DNA of 64,000 nt. Source: Eledone cirrhosa (lineage: Eukaryota). The stretch covers positions 241,800,001 through 241,864,000 of the forward strand of contig OZ024740.1 in assembly GCA_964016885.1 (NCBI GenBank), in the 5' to 3' direction. The notes below the pieces were generated by a model. It made no database searches, was not told the DNA's origin, and worked only from the letters and a program-made list of their open reading frames with translations. This document shows, in pieces, positions 42,064 to 56,352 of the stretch (position 1 is the stretch's first letter; the number at the start of each line of letters is the position of its first letter). The translations under genes were made by a program, and so were the position numbers.

Positions 42064-42495
42064 GATATTTTCTCAGATCTATATGTACAAACATATTCAT
42101 ATATAATATATGCTCATGATTGTATATATGTATTTGTAGAAAGATGATCATCTGTATACATATTTTTATGTATGAATTAAATATCATTTTATACTTCGTC
42201 CATATTATCTTCATCTATAGGAAATTCATAATATAGTTTAAAATAACGAGCAAAGAATTAATAACTGAATATATGAAACAACAATGCACAAATAAGAAAC
42301 AATAGGCAGATGATTAATGTTTTGTAACAATAAATTGAGCCGTGGATATAGCGATATTGTAACACACATATATATATATATATATATACAGATGCAAAAA
42401 TAGTTTGGTGACAGCTATAGTACTAGATAAACATGTTTAGATAAGTACATATGAATGTACACACACACATATATATATATACATATATATATATA

Positions 42496-42573
<78 letters not shown>

Positions 42574-42663
42574 ATGTATAATAAACAATACAATATAATT
42601 ACCTCATTACCAGAGGTTTCCCGAATAAGACGAATACGAAAAAAACGTCCTCATTACCAGATA

Positions 42664-42708
<45 letters not shown>

Positions 42709-42739
42709 CAAAATGGCCAGCAGTGGGGTTGCAATTAAG

Positions 42740-43037
<298 letters not shown>

Positions 43038-43064
43038 ACACACACACATATATATTAATATATA

Positions 43065-43300
43065 TATATAAGAACAAAGTAGAGTGGTTACATATGAGAT
43101 TTATTACTTAACCCATTTACAAATGTTTCCCAGACAGCCGGCTCGTGATCTGGGGCCAGTGTTAACACTGGTCTGAGGATCAGGCACACTTGGAGTCTGG
43201 TCTGGGATGACCCCAGACCAAGAGGTGGCTGCCTGGGAAATATTTGCCACTGGGTTAAGCAATACCTCTCATATGTAACACCTCTACTTTATTCTTATTA
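43065..43300 (+). mobile_element. Fold-back element with decayed HHR (about 43164-43256)
   Basis: About 70-bp inverted ends; CTGAGGA-tcaggca..tgcctgg-GAAA; the inverted arm keeps GAAA-catttg-TA. Confidence 0.6.
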
Positions 43301-43427
43301 TATACACTCTGCTCTGCATTGAGTGCTGACATTGGTATTCTCACCAGCTTTCTCCGGACTTACTGAAAAGTTTTCTTTGGAATTACTGAACCTTTTGCAC
43401 GTATATATATGTGTATATATATATACG

Positions 43428-43486
<59 letters not shown>

Positions 43487-43677
43487 GTATATATATATAT
43501 ATCATAAAACATGTCTATAGAATTTTCTATATGGTTAATTATGCTAATTGGGAGAGGAGATGGTATATATTTTATCTGGTGATTCTATAGACATGTTTTA
43601 TGATATATAGCTGTGATTATTTAATTTATTAACTCTTCATTGAGCCACAAAGTGACCCGTTGCAAAACACACACACA

Positions 43678-43733
<56 letters not shown>

Positions 43734-43747
43734 CTTTATATATATAT

Positions 43748-45086
43748 CGTTTCTGAATTTGTTTAGCAAGATTCTTTATCTGAAATCGTGTGTTGAAACC
43801 GATATTGTTATACTTTGGGAGGGTCATGTTGCCAATAAGAAACACACGCACCAGTTGCTTTCACTTCAATTTATTATATATGGTACGGTGATGAGAAATG
43901 TGTCCCGCATGTGCAACCCCGAAGAACAAGAGAGACACATACAACACTTCATCCACCGTATGCAGTTCTCTGGCTACAATCAGAGAGATAAAATCAGAGT
44001 GTATAGAGGAGCCAGAACCAAATGGGAAAAAATGGTAAATAATGACATAAATGGGACCTGCCCCTTGTATAGGAGCAAATTTTGGAATAGAATAGAAAGA
44101 ACTAGGAACAAGGCTAATAGAATAAACTCATGGTATGATAGCAATAAATACCAGAGTGTAATGTTCATCAATACAACCCCTAGAGGTGAATTAGCTTACA
44201 AATTTAGAAGGGCCCTAAATAAACATAAACTCAATATTAAGATAGTAGAAAGACCAGGTACCTCCGTAAAAACACTTATTAGCAAGACATACCCTTTTCA
44301 AAGACCCTCATGTATAGATAAGAAACGTATAACCTGTAAAATAAGCCCCCATATTAACTGTAAAACTAGAAATGTAGTGTATAGCATAAGATGTACTGAA
44401 GGACAATGTAGAGACAAAAATATAATGTACATAGGTGAGACAGCTCGTAGTGTAGGGGAACGGATAAATGAACACTGGCGAGACCTTCAAGATAATAAAG
44501 AATCATCTGTACTCTACCAACATGCTAAGATAGAACACAAGGGTAAATTAGAGAACATAGAAATAAAAATAGAATCCAGACACAGAAAAGATGCAATGTT
44601 TAGGCAAATTACAGAGGCAATAAACATAAAAGAATTACAACCAAAATTAAATAGAAAATATGAGTGGAACAGCAACATCACAACTTACAATTAAGGACAA
44701 AATGAAAACACACACACACATAGAACAAACAACCAACCAGTAACATGTAAATAAACAAATAAATAAATGAACATAAACACACACAGACACCCGGATGTGG
44801 CGCATGCGCAGACTGAGCACACAACACACAGAAACAAAATGGCGTAGGACAGAACAAAGGAGAGGCACAGAAACAAAGAAAGGAATCCCCAGTCACTGAA
44901 GAGGTCACAGAGTGTGTGACGAAAGAACTATGACTATATATAAACAACTATCTGGTTGTGGAACCAAACAACCAACCAGAAATTTATAGATTTATAAATT
45001 TATAAATATATAATAAATTGAAGTGAAAGCAACTGGTGCGTGTGTTTCTTATTGGCAACATGACCCTCCCAAAGTATAACAATATT
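43748..45086 (+). mobile_element. 5'-truncated copy of the Neptune-like PLE with inverted 3' terminus
   Basis: 43881-45086 is highly similar to 55293-56508; 43748-43876 is the reverse complement of the element 3' end; ORF has a Cys-rich linker and YIGETARS..RINEH. Confidence 0.92.
44891..44935 (+). ncRNA. Minimal type-I hammerhead ribozyme in PLE 3' region
   Basis: agtca-CTGAAGA-g-gtcac(agagtgt)gtgac-GAAA-gaac-TA-tgact. Confidence 0.8.
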
Positions 45087-45096
45087 TATATATATA

Positions 45097-45950
45097 TTCA
45101 TTTAAATTATTGACGTATTGTTTTATTGATATTTTTTATCTGTTTGGCCCGAATCTTCCTTTATCGATTTTAAATCGTATGGTTGATTGTAGACTTGTTC
45201 TATATGTGACGGTATTTTAACGATAGTTATAGCTCTGATTCATCTGAATTATTGAGCCCTCTGCCGCTCATATCGAATTTCGTTTATCGTGAACTCGTGC
45301 GCCGATTTTTCGATACTCGATCTTTCTAATATATTTAGCTCTGGACATAGCTATCCACCAGTTAATTTTATTGCTCATTTTTTGTCGATTCTATTGAGTG
45401 ATGAATAGCTTTTGTTTTATTTTAACATGTCTATTGAGCACTCTAATTCGATATGTGTATTTCCACATTCACTCGAATTGTTTTCGCGGATATAGGGGTC
45501 ATCTCCCTTGTCTAATGCCATGTGCGTTTTTCACCGCTAGTTGACTCCTCTGCCGCCAGGAAAAAACTCGTTGATAACGTAAACTCCGTTCCACTTACTC
45601 TAGTAGGCTTTTATATTTATATGTGAGCTGATAGAGTACAGTCTAAGGATTTACAGAAACCCATGAAGCTAGATTTAACACCTTTCTAGTGGGTCCGGGT
45701 ATGATTTTACATTCATTTAAATTATTGACGTATTGTTTTATTGATATTTTTTATCTGTTTGGCCCGAATCTTCCTTTATCGATTTTAAATCGTATGGTTG
45801 ATTGTAGACTTGTTCTATATGTGACGGTATTTTAACGATAGTTATAGCTCTGATTCATCTGAATTATTGAGCCCTCTGCCGCTCATATCGAATTTCGTTT
45901 ATCGTGAACTCGTGCGCCGATTTTTCGATACTCGATCTTTCTAATATATA
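45097..45950 (+). mobile_element. Non-coding element with about 240-bp direct repeats (partial tandem, retrozyme/TRIM-like)
   Basis: 45097-45334 repeats at 45712-45949; flanked by (TA)n; HHR-like segment at 45620-45702. Confidence 0.7.
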
Positions 45951-46309
45951 TATATATATATTGTTTGTGTGTAAGTCAGTGTGATGTGTACTTTATGTGG
46001 AAAGTACAAGATCTATTAAATAATATACTATCACCGGCTTTTGTAAATATCATTAAATCTATAAAACTCACCGCTGTTCCTCTGTTTGTGATCCCGCCAC
46101 CATCTGTGCGTTCCAGCAACTGGAATTGAATAGGAGTTACATATGAATTATCATTATTGATAAATAAATAAATATCAACGTAGACAGATAGATATTTTAT
46201 ATTGTTTTTCCTTTCATACCTTTTTATTTATTTAAACATCATTTACTCGCATGTCTTTAAAAACAAGGATTTTTAACTTTTTCTTCCATTATTTCATATT
46301 AAGGTCATG

Positions 46310-46612
46310 AATGACTGTGGGATTTGCACAAAGAAAGTTACCCTCCGAGGCACAAGTCCGAGCAAGGTTGTTTGTGGAAGACCAGAAGTCGCTCATTCAT
46401 ACCAGTCTCCGCTTTCCACGGAAACGATGTTGTTCAAAGGTAAGGCAATAACCGATACAGCTTGGAACCAGTGACATCGCAACTCATTTCTACAGCTGAG
46501 TGAACTAGAGCAATGTGAAATAAAGTATCTTACTTAAGAACACACTGCAATGCCATATCCGAGAATCGAACTCATAACCCCGACGCTCTAACCACTAAGC
46601 CATGCGCCTTCA
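46310..46612 (-). mobile_element. tRNA-derived SINE family B
   Basis: Minus-strand head gcgcatggcttagtggttagagc..gagttcgattc; homolog of 13155-13487. Confidence 0.8.
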
Positions 46613-47099
46613 CATATACATGCGCGTAAATTCATATAGTGGTTTCTTGTATGTCATGCAGTGTTGGTGCTGTTCCATTGCTACTTTTATCTGTTGTTAT
46701 TTTTCTTGTTTAATCTGGTTAGCCGTGATTGAGTAGACACATAAACTACGAGGCCAAGAAGTAGAAAAATTATGTTATTTGATTTTGTCCAACACCATGG
46801 TTTTGAATAACTATCAATATTGATGACCGAAATATATTTTGTCTTGCCATATATATAAATCTGCTCATTATTTTAATCAATCAAAGTTCTTTAAAGAATA
46901 TAGGAGGCAAAATAAACACTATATTCAGCAAAATATTGTATACATCACAGAAATTGCATTTCAGTGCAGAATATTTTTAAAAGAGTGCATAAACATTTAA
47001 AACAAGTCGAAACAAGTTTGTGAAAAAACATCAAAAATATATGAAATACTGAAAAATATAATTAGATTTGAAAATGAAAACATCTTGAGAAGCCCCCAA

Positions 47100-47500
47100 A
47101 AATGTTATCCCCAGCAATAATGTTGCCCAAGTACAGAATAATTAATTCTTTAAATATCAGAGTATGAATTGCAAATTATGTAAAAGAACTTAAGCCTTCG
47201 TTTTCTCACGTCAAATCTATCTATGTCAAACGTGATGATGACTCAATGAAATATTTGTCCGATTCATGGCCTCCTGGAGATTTTGCACTGTGGGAATGAA
47301 ATTGAGCCTGTTATTAATAAAATGGATAAAATCCACAAATTTAGGCTTGTGTTCAACTACATTTTAGAAAACTTAAAATCTATTAAAAACACAAAATAGG
47401 GATCTTTCACTTGATGAGATGATCCCAATGGAGAATTCTTTGTCAGTAAGTCAATACATCAATGACAAACAAATCTCTTGGAATATAAAAACATATCTTA
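47100..47500 (+). mobile_element. piggyBac-like transposase remnant
   Basis: DKIHKFR...DLSLDEMIPMENSLSVSQYINDKQISWNIKTY resembles the piggyBac SIDE.MIPF.GR..QYI..KP.KWG.K motif. Confidence 0.6.
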
Positions 47501-47516
47501 TTTAAGTTAGAATTGG

Positions 47517-47581
<65 letters not shown>

Positions 47582-48661
47582 TGGTAATAGGATAGCCAAT
47601 ACAAATGAACTGGATAATCTTACATGAGTAGAAATCTTGTTTTTCGCCTACTCGAACCATTTCGTGACCAGAATTATCACATGTACTGTTACAAATGTTA
47701 CTCAGGTATTGAACTGGTTCAGTATTTGGACTGCAATGTAGCATTGGATATATTTGCAAAAACTAACAGAGCTAATTTTACTAATAATATAATCAGAATA
47801 AAGGATTACATGTTACATATATATGGTTAACTCATATAAAAGTGAATAAAATGAAGTGCAAAAAATACGTGCTATTTGTTACAAAGAAAACAATACAGAA
47901 ATTACAAAAGAAAGAAATGTGTATTGTTACAAAGATTAGTTGATCCAAGGTTAACCATGTTATTTATCGATGTAACGTGTCCATATGATCATGTACCAAT
48001 TCAACTTCATGCCAGTTCATAAGAAGGAATTTTGGCATGAGGTGGTAGGTTGAATGTAATTCAGTTAATTTTGTTTGATTGGATGTTTAGATTCGGGATG
48101 AAATGGAGATTTACATTAAACAGATGCAGAGTGTTATTTAAAACAGAGATAGCAGTATGTTGACTTATTTGTAAACGTGGGTGACTTTGTCTGGGGTTGT
48201 CAATTAATGTTTGTTCATTTCTTGTTTGTTTTTGCTTCTTCTCTCCTCTTTGAATATATATATTGAAGTATACTGTTTACCAAGTGTCTGTGACAACAGA
48301 ATAAGCCATTATGTGCTTACACGCGATGATTTAAATGGCTTTTCTGTTAGTCATATCCTACTAGTCGATATGATTTTGCAGTAACGTCGACATGATATAT
48401 TTCGCATTTCATTTGGTATTTAAGTTATTTAGCCATTACATGCTGGCCCTAAGTTTCTATTCAGAATACGTTTATATTGCGAAATTCTAATAATGTTGTA
48501 CATGTTACTCATGTTACCAAAATTACTTTTACATTGTTTTGGTTAAACAACAAGTACAATTGATACAATTGATATATCGGTGTTATCTAGCAGATGGAGT
48601 TAATTACATCCCTCTTCCTAGTATATATTAATAATTATTACATGTTAGTTGTTAGTAAATA

Positions 48662-48962
48662 ATTGTTTCTACTTTTGGCACAAGGCCAGCAATTACCCAG
48701 TGTATTACTGGTACTTTATTTTATCGACCCCATAAGGATGAAAGGCAAAGTTAACCTCGGCGGGATTTGAACTCAGAATGGCAAGGCCCGTAACTCTATG
48801 CGTCAAAGCATGGCGTCCGACCCTCTACCGATACTGCCAATCCACCGCCCTTAGTTAGTTGTTAGTAATTAATTGTTTCTACCCTTTGGCACAAGGCCAG
48901 CAATTACCCAGTGCATTACTGCTACTTTATTTGATCGACCCCGTAAGGATGAAGGGCAAAGT
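48662..48962 (-). mobile_element. SINE family A full copy plus partial tandem copy
   Basis: 48662-48850 is complete; 48872-48962 repeats its 3' part together with the flank ttagttgttagtaa. Confidence 0.85.
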
Positions 48963-50314
48963 AATGTTTGTATTGCAGTGATAGGATAGAACCTTTTACA
49001 ACACATGTCGCCACCTGTTTTAAAGACAATTCGTATCAAAGTATCTATTTTGTTCCTGAAGCTTTATTAGTAAGTACATGCTTGATGATGATGTGTAGTT
49101 AGTTTCATTTTATGGGTGTGTACAATGGTTCATTCTTTGGTTTTCTTCAGGACTGGTATGGTTGCATGTTTGGGTTAAATGTCCAAATCCACAAAATTCA
49201 ACGTCATCGACGAAAGCTTTTCTCGGCATAAAACCATCATCCAGAAACAGTGACTTAAGAATATATATATATTTTTAATAAGTTAGCTTTTATTATTCAA
49301 AAGCAAAGCAAATATTAATAACATCGAATCGGCGAAATATGTGTATATCGCAATTTTTACTTCACCGCGCTCTGTGTATAGTTTGCATACATACACAGAA
49401 AAAGAGAATTTTTTATTTGTCTTAAACATATCGTAATCTTATGCAAGTTGTCATGAAAACTTTAAATAAACTGCATGTATAAAATGCAATTTTAAATTCC
49501 AAGATACGAACTTGCAGCTCTTAACTTAAAAGAACAAGTACAATGCCCACTTACAAAGAACAGTGAGATAATAATGTGTATAAAGAGATTAAAATTGTTC
49601 TGTGACATTTAAATGGATGTATAAAATATAAAACCATGGTTAAGAAATATTTGTGCAAATTTATGCAACGCCCATGCTATTTCTCCATTCTGCGTGGGAC
49701 AAAAAATGCGAAGATGTCATTAATTACCAGAAGTCTCCTTGCTTTCATTTAGGTCTTTACCACTTCCACTGACTGTTCAACAGAAAAAAAGGGAGGAAAA
49801 AATACTTTATATATTTCTCATGGCGATATTAGCATCAATGTTTACTTTTCGTTGTTTCATATTCTTTTTCAGTAAGGTGATTGTGTATCATACATTTTTA
49901 AATTCTAAATTGTTTTTTAAAACATTTTAACCATCTGCGTCACGCTATAATTATTAAAATTTAATGTATCCGGGACTTCTAAACTGTGACACGAAACTCT
50001 TTTTATGGGAACCATCTGGGTGAATGACAATAATAATGAATTTCTGTACATATTAAAATATATTTGTTTTTTCGTCTTTTTAAAATACTTGCATAACATT
50101 GCCAACATGTCTTCATGAACGTAAATGTGTGTAATTATACACGTACAGACACAAATACGACACAGACATAGTGTCTAATGCATACACGCCCCCCTCCCCC
50201 CCCCCCCCACACACACATATATATATCACATATATCTTCATGCGGTGGAATATATGTGTAAAATTGCGCGTACACAGGCACTCACAGACACAGACACACG
50301 CATTCACACACGCA

Positions 50315-50393
<79 letters not shown>

Positions 50394-50409
50394 ACACATA
50401 TATATATAT

Positions 50410-50597
50410 AACGAAGGAAACGCGTGGTAAGGAACCAGGTGGACCATAACGCACCAAAGTACTCAATACTTATGGTAGTAGAGTGGGTAATAGGAACGAG
50501 TAGGACCCCGACGGCTGAGCTCAAGCCGTTTCGACGGCTAATTCAGAATTAGCCGTCGAAACGGCTTGAGCTCAGCCGTCGGGGTCCTACTCGTTCC

Positions 50598-50600
<3 letters not shown>
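50410..50600. mobile_element. Family P fold-back element
   Basis: Long arm on minus, 55-bp arm on plus; junction gacggctaattc-a-gaattagccgtc; GAAA-cggct..agccg-TC. Confidence 0.85.
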
Positions 50601-50630
<30 letters not shown>

Positions 50631-51706
50631 ATATGTACGATTGAGATTTAATGTTGTTGAAGCTGTAGAATTTGAAATGGATGGAAAATACGCACAAATA
50701 TACATACGCACGCATGCACAGATACATGCATATGCGTGCGCAGACACACAATCACGCACACGTGTACACGCGCTTTGGATATTGATTATAGATGAATTCA
50801 AAGTAAATTGAAAGCAATCGATAATTGTCTAAATATAAAATATAATCAATTTAACCTTTAACAATTATTAAATATATTACTTCCGAATAAAACAGTAAAA
50901 GTGTTATGTGTAGTAGTTTACCTTTTGCATTAATATATATAGCTGATCCCTCAAATGCAGATACTGTTTACACATGTATAAAGAGAAGGTGACTGATATC
51001 AAAGCAGTGTAACATGAAATCATCGCTATTGTTTCTGTTTCAATTATCTGATAAACATTCAACTTTGTTCGTTTTTAACTGTCTTTGTCAATTTGAATTT
51101 GTAGTGAAGGAGAGACAACTACTATTCAGATTAGATATGATGAATTTAATTATGAAAAACATGTTTATTTCTTTTTAATTTGTCAATGTTCACATTTCCT
51201 TGTGAGATTATTGAATATTGAATATGTGTGTGGTTATTTGATAACAGTTTTATGAAAGCTAATATTTTATTCAAATGTGATATTTAGTATATACATCAGT
51301 GTTTAAAAGTAATAGTTCACGTTCTGGTTGAATGAAATACTAAAAGAAAATAAAAGGTTTGCCATAAAAAAACATGAGCAAATCATATTTCGATTGTTTT
51401 AATCTCATCTACGTAAATGAATGATTTTAGTGTTTTATCAAAAATTGGTTCATACCTTGAAGTAGTATATTTAGGCTTAAAGATATATTTTCAGCTATTT
51501 ATTCTTCCAATGACTTCCACGCATGCAGATGTAAAAGAGAAGATAATATTCAAACATGCAGGAGGCAGTAAATTTAATTTTTCTGTTGTGTTTATTATGT
51601 TTTAATATTCTTTCTTAGAGAAGACCTTTATATAAACAGGGGCTACCACATATACGCGCAAGCATTATGTTTTCTCCGTCTCTGTTTCTTGTTTCTCTCT
51701 CTCTCA

Positions 51707-51751
<45 letters not shown>

Positions 51752-51781
51752 AATACATACACACACACACACGGAGGTGTG

Positions 51782-51816
<35 letters not shown>

Positions 51817-51829
51817 GGGGGCGGGGGGA

Positions 51830-52060
51830 GAGAATAGAAAACGAAAAATCAGTGATGCATCTGAACTCAATTTGTTGTGTGTTACAATTGTTTCGCCGGC
51901 AGACAGCTCGAGACGCGATCATTGTATCCGTCGAACCTGCGGGTCCAGAATCAGGCAGATCCACACAATGATCGCGTCTCGAGCTGTCTGCCGGCAAAAC
52001 AATTGTAACACACAATAAATTGAGTTCAGATGCATCACTGATTTTTCGTCTTCTATTCTA
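51830..52060. mobile_element. Fold-back element with 3' half of an HHR
   Basis: About 95-bp arms; gccggc-GAAA-caattg-TA-acacac on the left arm (minus strand). Confidence 0.75.
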
Positions 52061-52134
52061 TCATACTCTGCTATGTAAGAGCATAGAGTGCTCAACCGGC
52101 ATACCGCTTATGGAAGCATCTTAGCTACCACCAG

Positions 52135-52232
<98 letters not shown>

Positions 52233-52233
<1 letters not shown>

Positions 52234-52455
52234 AGGAAGACGATCGACTTTCGTCAAATCGGACCGAGGGAACAATGTTTCCGTTGGTCTTTCCAATTGC
52301 TAATACTATCTATCGGTCGCAACTCCAGGTAGAAGGAGCAACGTGAAATAAAGTGTCTTGCCCAAGGACATAACGCATCGCCTGGTCCAGGAATCGAACT
52401 CACAACCTTACGATTGCGAATCCAATTCTCTAAACACTCAGCCACACGCCTTCAC
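52233..52455 (-). mobile_element. tRNA-derived SINE (family B head)
   Basis: Minus strand ggcgtgtggctgagtgtttagag..gtgagttcgattcct, then tgtccttgggcaagacactttatttcac. Confidence 0.75.
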
Positions 52456-52508
<53 letters not shown>

Positions 52509-52814
52509 ATTTTTATATATATATATATTTATATATATATATATTTATATATATTTATATATATATATATTTATATATATAAATATATATATATAATTAT
52601 ATATAAATATATATATATATAAATATATATAAATATATATATATTTATATATATATATATTTATATATATAAATATATATATATATAAATATATATATAT
52701 ATAAATATATATGAATATATATATAAATATATATAAATATATATGAATATATATATAAATATATATAAATATATATATATATATATAAATATATATATAA
52801 ATATATATAAATAA

Positions 52815-52857
<43 letters not shown>

Positions 52858-53117
52858 TATATATAAATATATATAAATATATATATATAAATATATATAT
52901 ATATTTATATATATATATAATTATATATATATATAAATATATATAAATATATATATATATATAAATAAATATATATATATTTATATATATATATAAATAT
53001 ATATATATATATTTATATATATAAATATATATATATATATAAATATATATAAATATATATAAAATATATATAAATATATATATATATAAATATATATAAA
53101 ATATATATAAATATATA
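52456..53117. repeat. About 660-bp almost pure A/T degenerate (TA)n tract
   Basis: TA runs punctuated by TAAA/TTTA; directly upstream of the PLE. Confidence 0.9.
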
Positions 53118-53159
53118 CGCTGGAGCCTCAAAAACAAAAACAAAAACAAAAGCAACAAT

Positions 53160-56107
53160 ATGCGCACACACATATACAACACACATCCCGACAACAACAG
53201 ACACACAGACACAAACAACAATAACAACAACACACACACCAACAACAACAACAATAATAACATACCAAGAAACAACAACATCAGACACGCAGACACAAAC
53301 AACAATAACAACACACACAACAATAATAACACACACGGAGAACACAACAACACACATCAACAACAGCACACATCAGCAACAACACACACACATTCAATGC
53401 CTCCCACCACCACCACAATCTCAACAAACACACAGACACAGAGAACAAGTAATGACAGTAGCACAGAAATCACAGAAATAAGGGAAAGCAATAGGATAAA
53501 AAGGAGAAGGGAGACTAAGGACAAAGAAAATAACCAAGACGAACACACAGACACACAAAATAGGGTAGATAACAACAATGAGCCAGTGGAAAGAGACAGG
53601 AGTAATTATGAGAGACATAGAAACAACCATGAGGCTGTTGGTGGAAATGGTGGAAATAGAAATAGAAACAACACAACTAACAATAACGATAACAATAGCA
53701 CTAGTACACATAAAGCAGCAGCCTGGAACTCTACGTTTTATAATCCCTCCGATAAATCGTTCGACCTGGACGAGTCCACGCCACGACTCTACCATTTAAC
53801 AAACGCACGCAATTGCCGTCGCAGGTCGATGAACAAACAGAAGCACAATTTAGTATAGCTAGATCCGAACTTAGAAATATTATAGAACAGTATAGCAAGA
53901 AGCATAATAGAATGGAGGTCCAGCAACTGGGAGAAAAATCTGCAAATGGCTTGCGTAAGCTCATGCAGCGCTCGCGTAATGGAGAGATAGCATGCTTTCC
54001 AACAGACAAGTCTGGCAGAATGTCGGTTGACAGCCTGCCAAACTACATCCAGGCAATGCAACCCCGCATCACTAACACAAGAGAGGTAACACCACAGGAG
54101 CATGAGGATAAAGAAAAAGCCCTCAATTCCCATATGTTGATGTGGACGAATATAATGCAGCCCAACAAAAGGACTGCCAACAACTTCCAGGCCTGGAACA
54201 ATGACGTGCCGGCGTTGTATGGGCTTCGAAAAGACCATAAAACGGGCAGTGACCCTGTCGCGGGACCACCAACACGGCCAGTCTGTGGAGCTAACATTGC
54301 TAGTAACTACAGACTGTCCTACTTCCTCTCGCTGATCATACGCCCCATCATTGAAATGTCCCCAGATGTATGTGACAGCACGGAGGACTTCCTCAGCAGA
54401 ATCGGCGTGAGTAACCGATCTAGGGACCTAACAAACTGCATAATAGGTAGTATGGATGTTGTGTCCCTGTATCCATCTATTGACGTGGATTTTGCTGTGG
54501 AGAAATGCGTAGAAATGATCAGTGAGAGCAAGGTTGAGTTCCGTGGGATTGATACCAGTGAGCTGGGACTCCTACTTAAACTTACCTATAGTAATAATTA
54601 CCTAGACACATATGACCTTAGCAACCTGTGCCCTACAAGACCAGCAAGAGGCAGACCACCTACCATTACCTCAATGGCCAAGAAAACCCACACAGATAGA
54701 TGGAACGGGTGGACCAGAGCCATACGGACATCCGTAAACCACGATGAACTGAAGAAAATGATTGCACATGCGGTAGGGGCCAGCATAAAACTAACCCCTA
54801 AGGAACATATGTTCAAATTTAATGGAAACACATATGCCCAAGAGGAAGGAGCAGCCATTGGTGTTAGCATTGCAGGCGACATAGTTAACTTATTCATGGT
54901 ATGGTGGGACAGTAGACTTAAACTTAAACTTAAAGAACAATTAGAAGACCCCTTAACCCTGATAATGTACTCCCGCTACGTTGATGATATAAACATCGTA
55001 GTTAAGACACCCCCACTAGAGAACAGTCAGGAACTAGAGAAAAACACAATGGAAAGCATCCAGCAAATAGCAAACTCCATCCACCAGAGCATTAGAGTTA
55101 CTATAGACTACCCAAGTAAAGACCTCAACCATCGATTACCTGTACTAGACACAGAGCTCTGGTTAGATACCATTAATAACAAAAAACAAATCCTCCATTC
55201 CCATTATGCCAAACCCATGACTTCCAAACATCTGATCCACCGAAACTCGGCCGTTTCGGACCATACCAAAATCAACATACTGATTGCGGATTTGGTACGG
55301 GTGATGAGAAACGTGTCCGGCATGTGCAACCCCGAAGAACTAGAGAGACACATACAACACTTCATCCACCGTATGCAGTTCTCTGGCTACAATCAGAGAG
55401 ATAAAATCAGAGTGTATAGAGGAGCCAGAACTAAATGGGAAAAAATGGTAAGTAATGACATAAATGGGACCTGCCCCTTGTATAGGAGCAAATTTTGGAA
55501 TAGAATAGAAAGAACTAGGAACAAGGCTAATAGAATAAACTCATGGTATGATAGCAATAAATACCAGAGTGTAATGTTCATCGATACAACCCCTAGAGGT
55601 GAATAAGCTTACAAATTTAGAAGGGCCCTAACTAAACTTAAACTCAATATTAAGATAGTAGAAAGACCAGGTGCCTCCGTAAAAACACTTATTAGCAAGA
55701 CATACCCTTTTCAAAGACCCTCATGTATAGATAAGAAATGTATAACCTGTAAAATAAGCCCCCATATTAACTGTAAAACTAGAAATGTAGTGTATAGCAG
55801 AAGATGTACTGAAGGACAATGTAGAGACAAAAATATAGTGTACATAGGTGAGACAGCTCGTAGTGTAGGGGAACGGATAAATGAACACTGGCGAGACCTT
55901 CAAGATAGTAAAGAATCATCTGTACTCTACCAACATGCTAAAATAGAACACAAGGGTAAATTAGAGAACATAGAAATAAAAATAGAATCTACACACAGAA
56001 AAGACGCAATGTTTAGACAAATTACAGAGGCAATAAACATAAAAGAATTACAACCAAAATTAAATAGAAAATATGAGTGGAACAGCAACATCACAACTTA
56101 CAATTAA
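53160..56107 (+). pseudogene. PLE RT/GIY-YIG ORF broken by one frameshift (about 53770) and one nonsense codon (55604-55606)
   Basis: TAA here aligns to TTA in the sister copy (about 44191); frame continues to TAA at 56107; N-terminus is Asn/Thr/His low-complexity. Confidence 0.85.
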
Positions 56108-56307
56108 GGACAAAATGAAAACACACACACACATAGAACAAACAACCAACCAGTAACATGTAAATAAACAAATAAATAAATGAACGTAAACACACACAGA
56201 CACCCGGATGTGGCGCATGCGCAGACTGAGCACACAACACACACACAGAAACAAAATGGCGTAGGACAGAACAAAGGAGAGGCACAGAAACAAAGAAAGG
56301 AATCCCC

Positions 56308-56352
56308 AGTCACTGAAGAGGTCACAGAGTGTGTGACGAAAGAACTATGACT
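56308..56352 (+). ncRNA. Minimal type-I hammerhead ribozyme in PLE 3' region
   Basis: Identical to 44891-44935. Confidence 0.8.

Noticed and set aside
43759-43880. N-terminus of the 311-aa ORF
   Set aside because: Chance in-frame read-through from the inverted 3' terminus, not real PLE protein.
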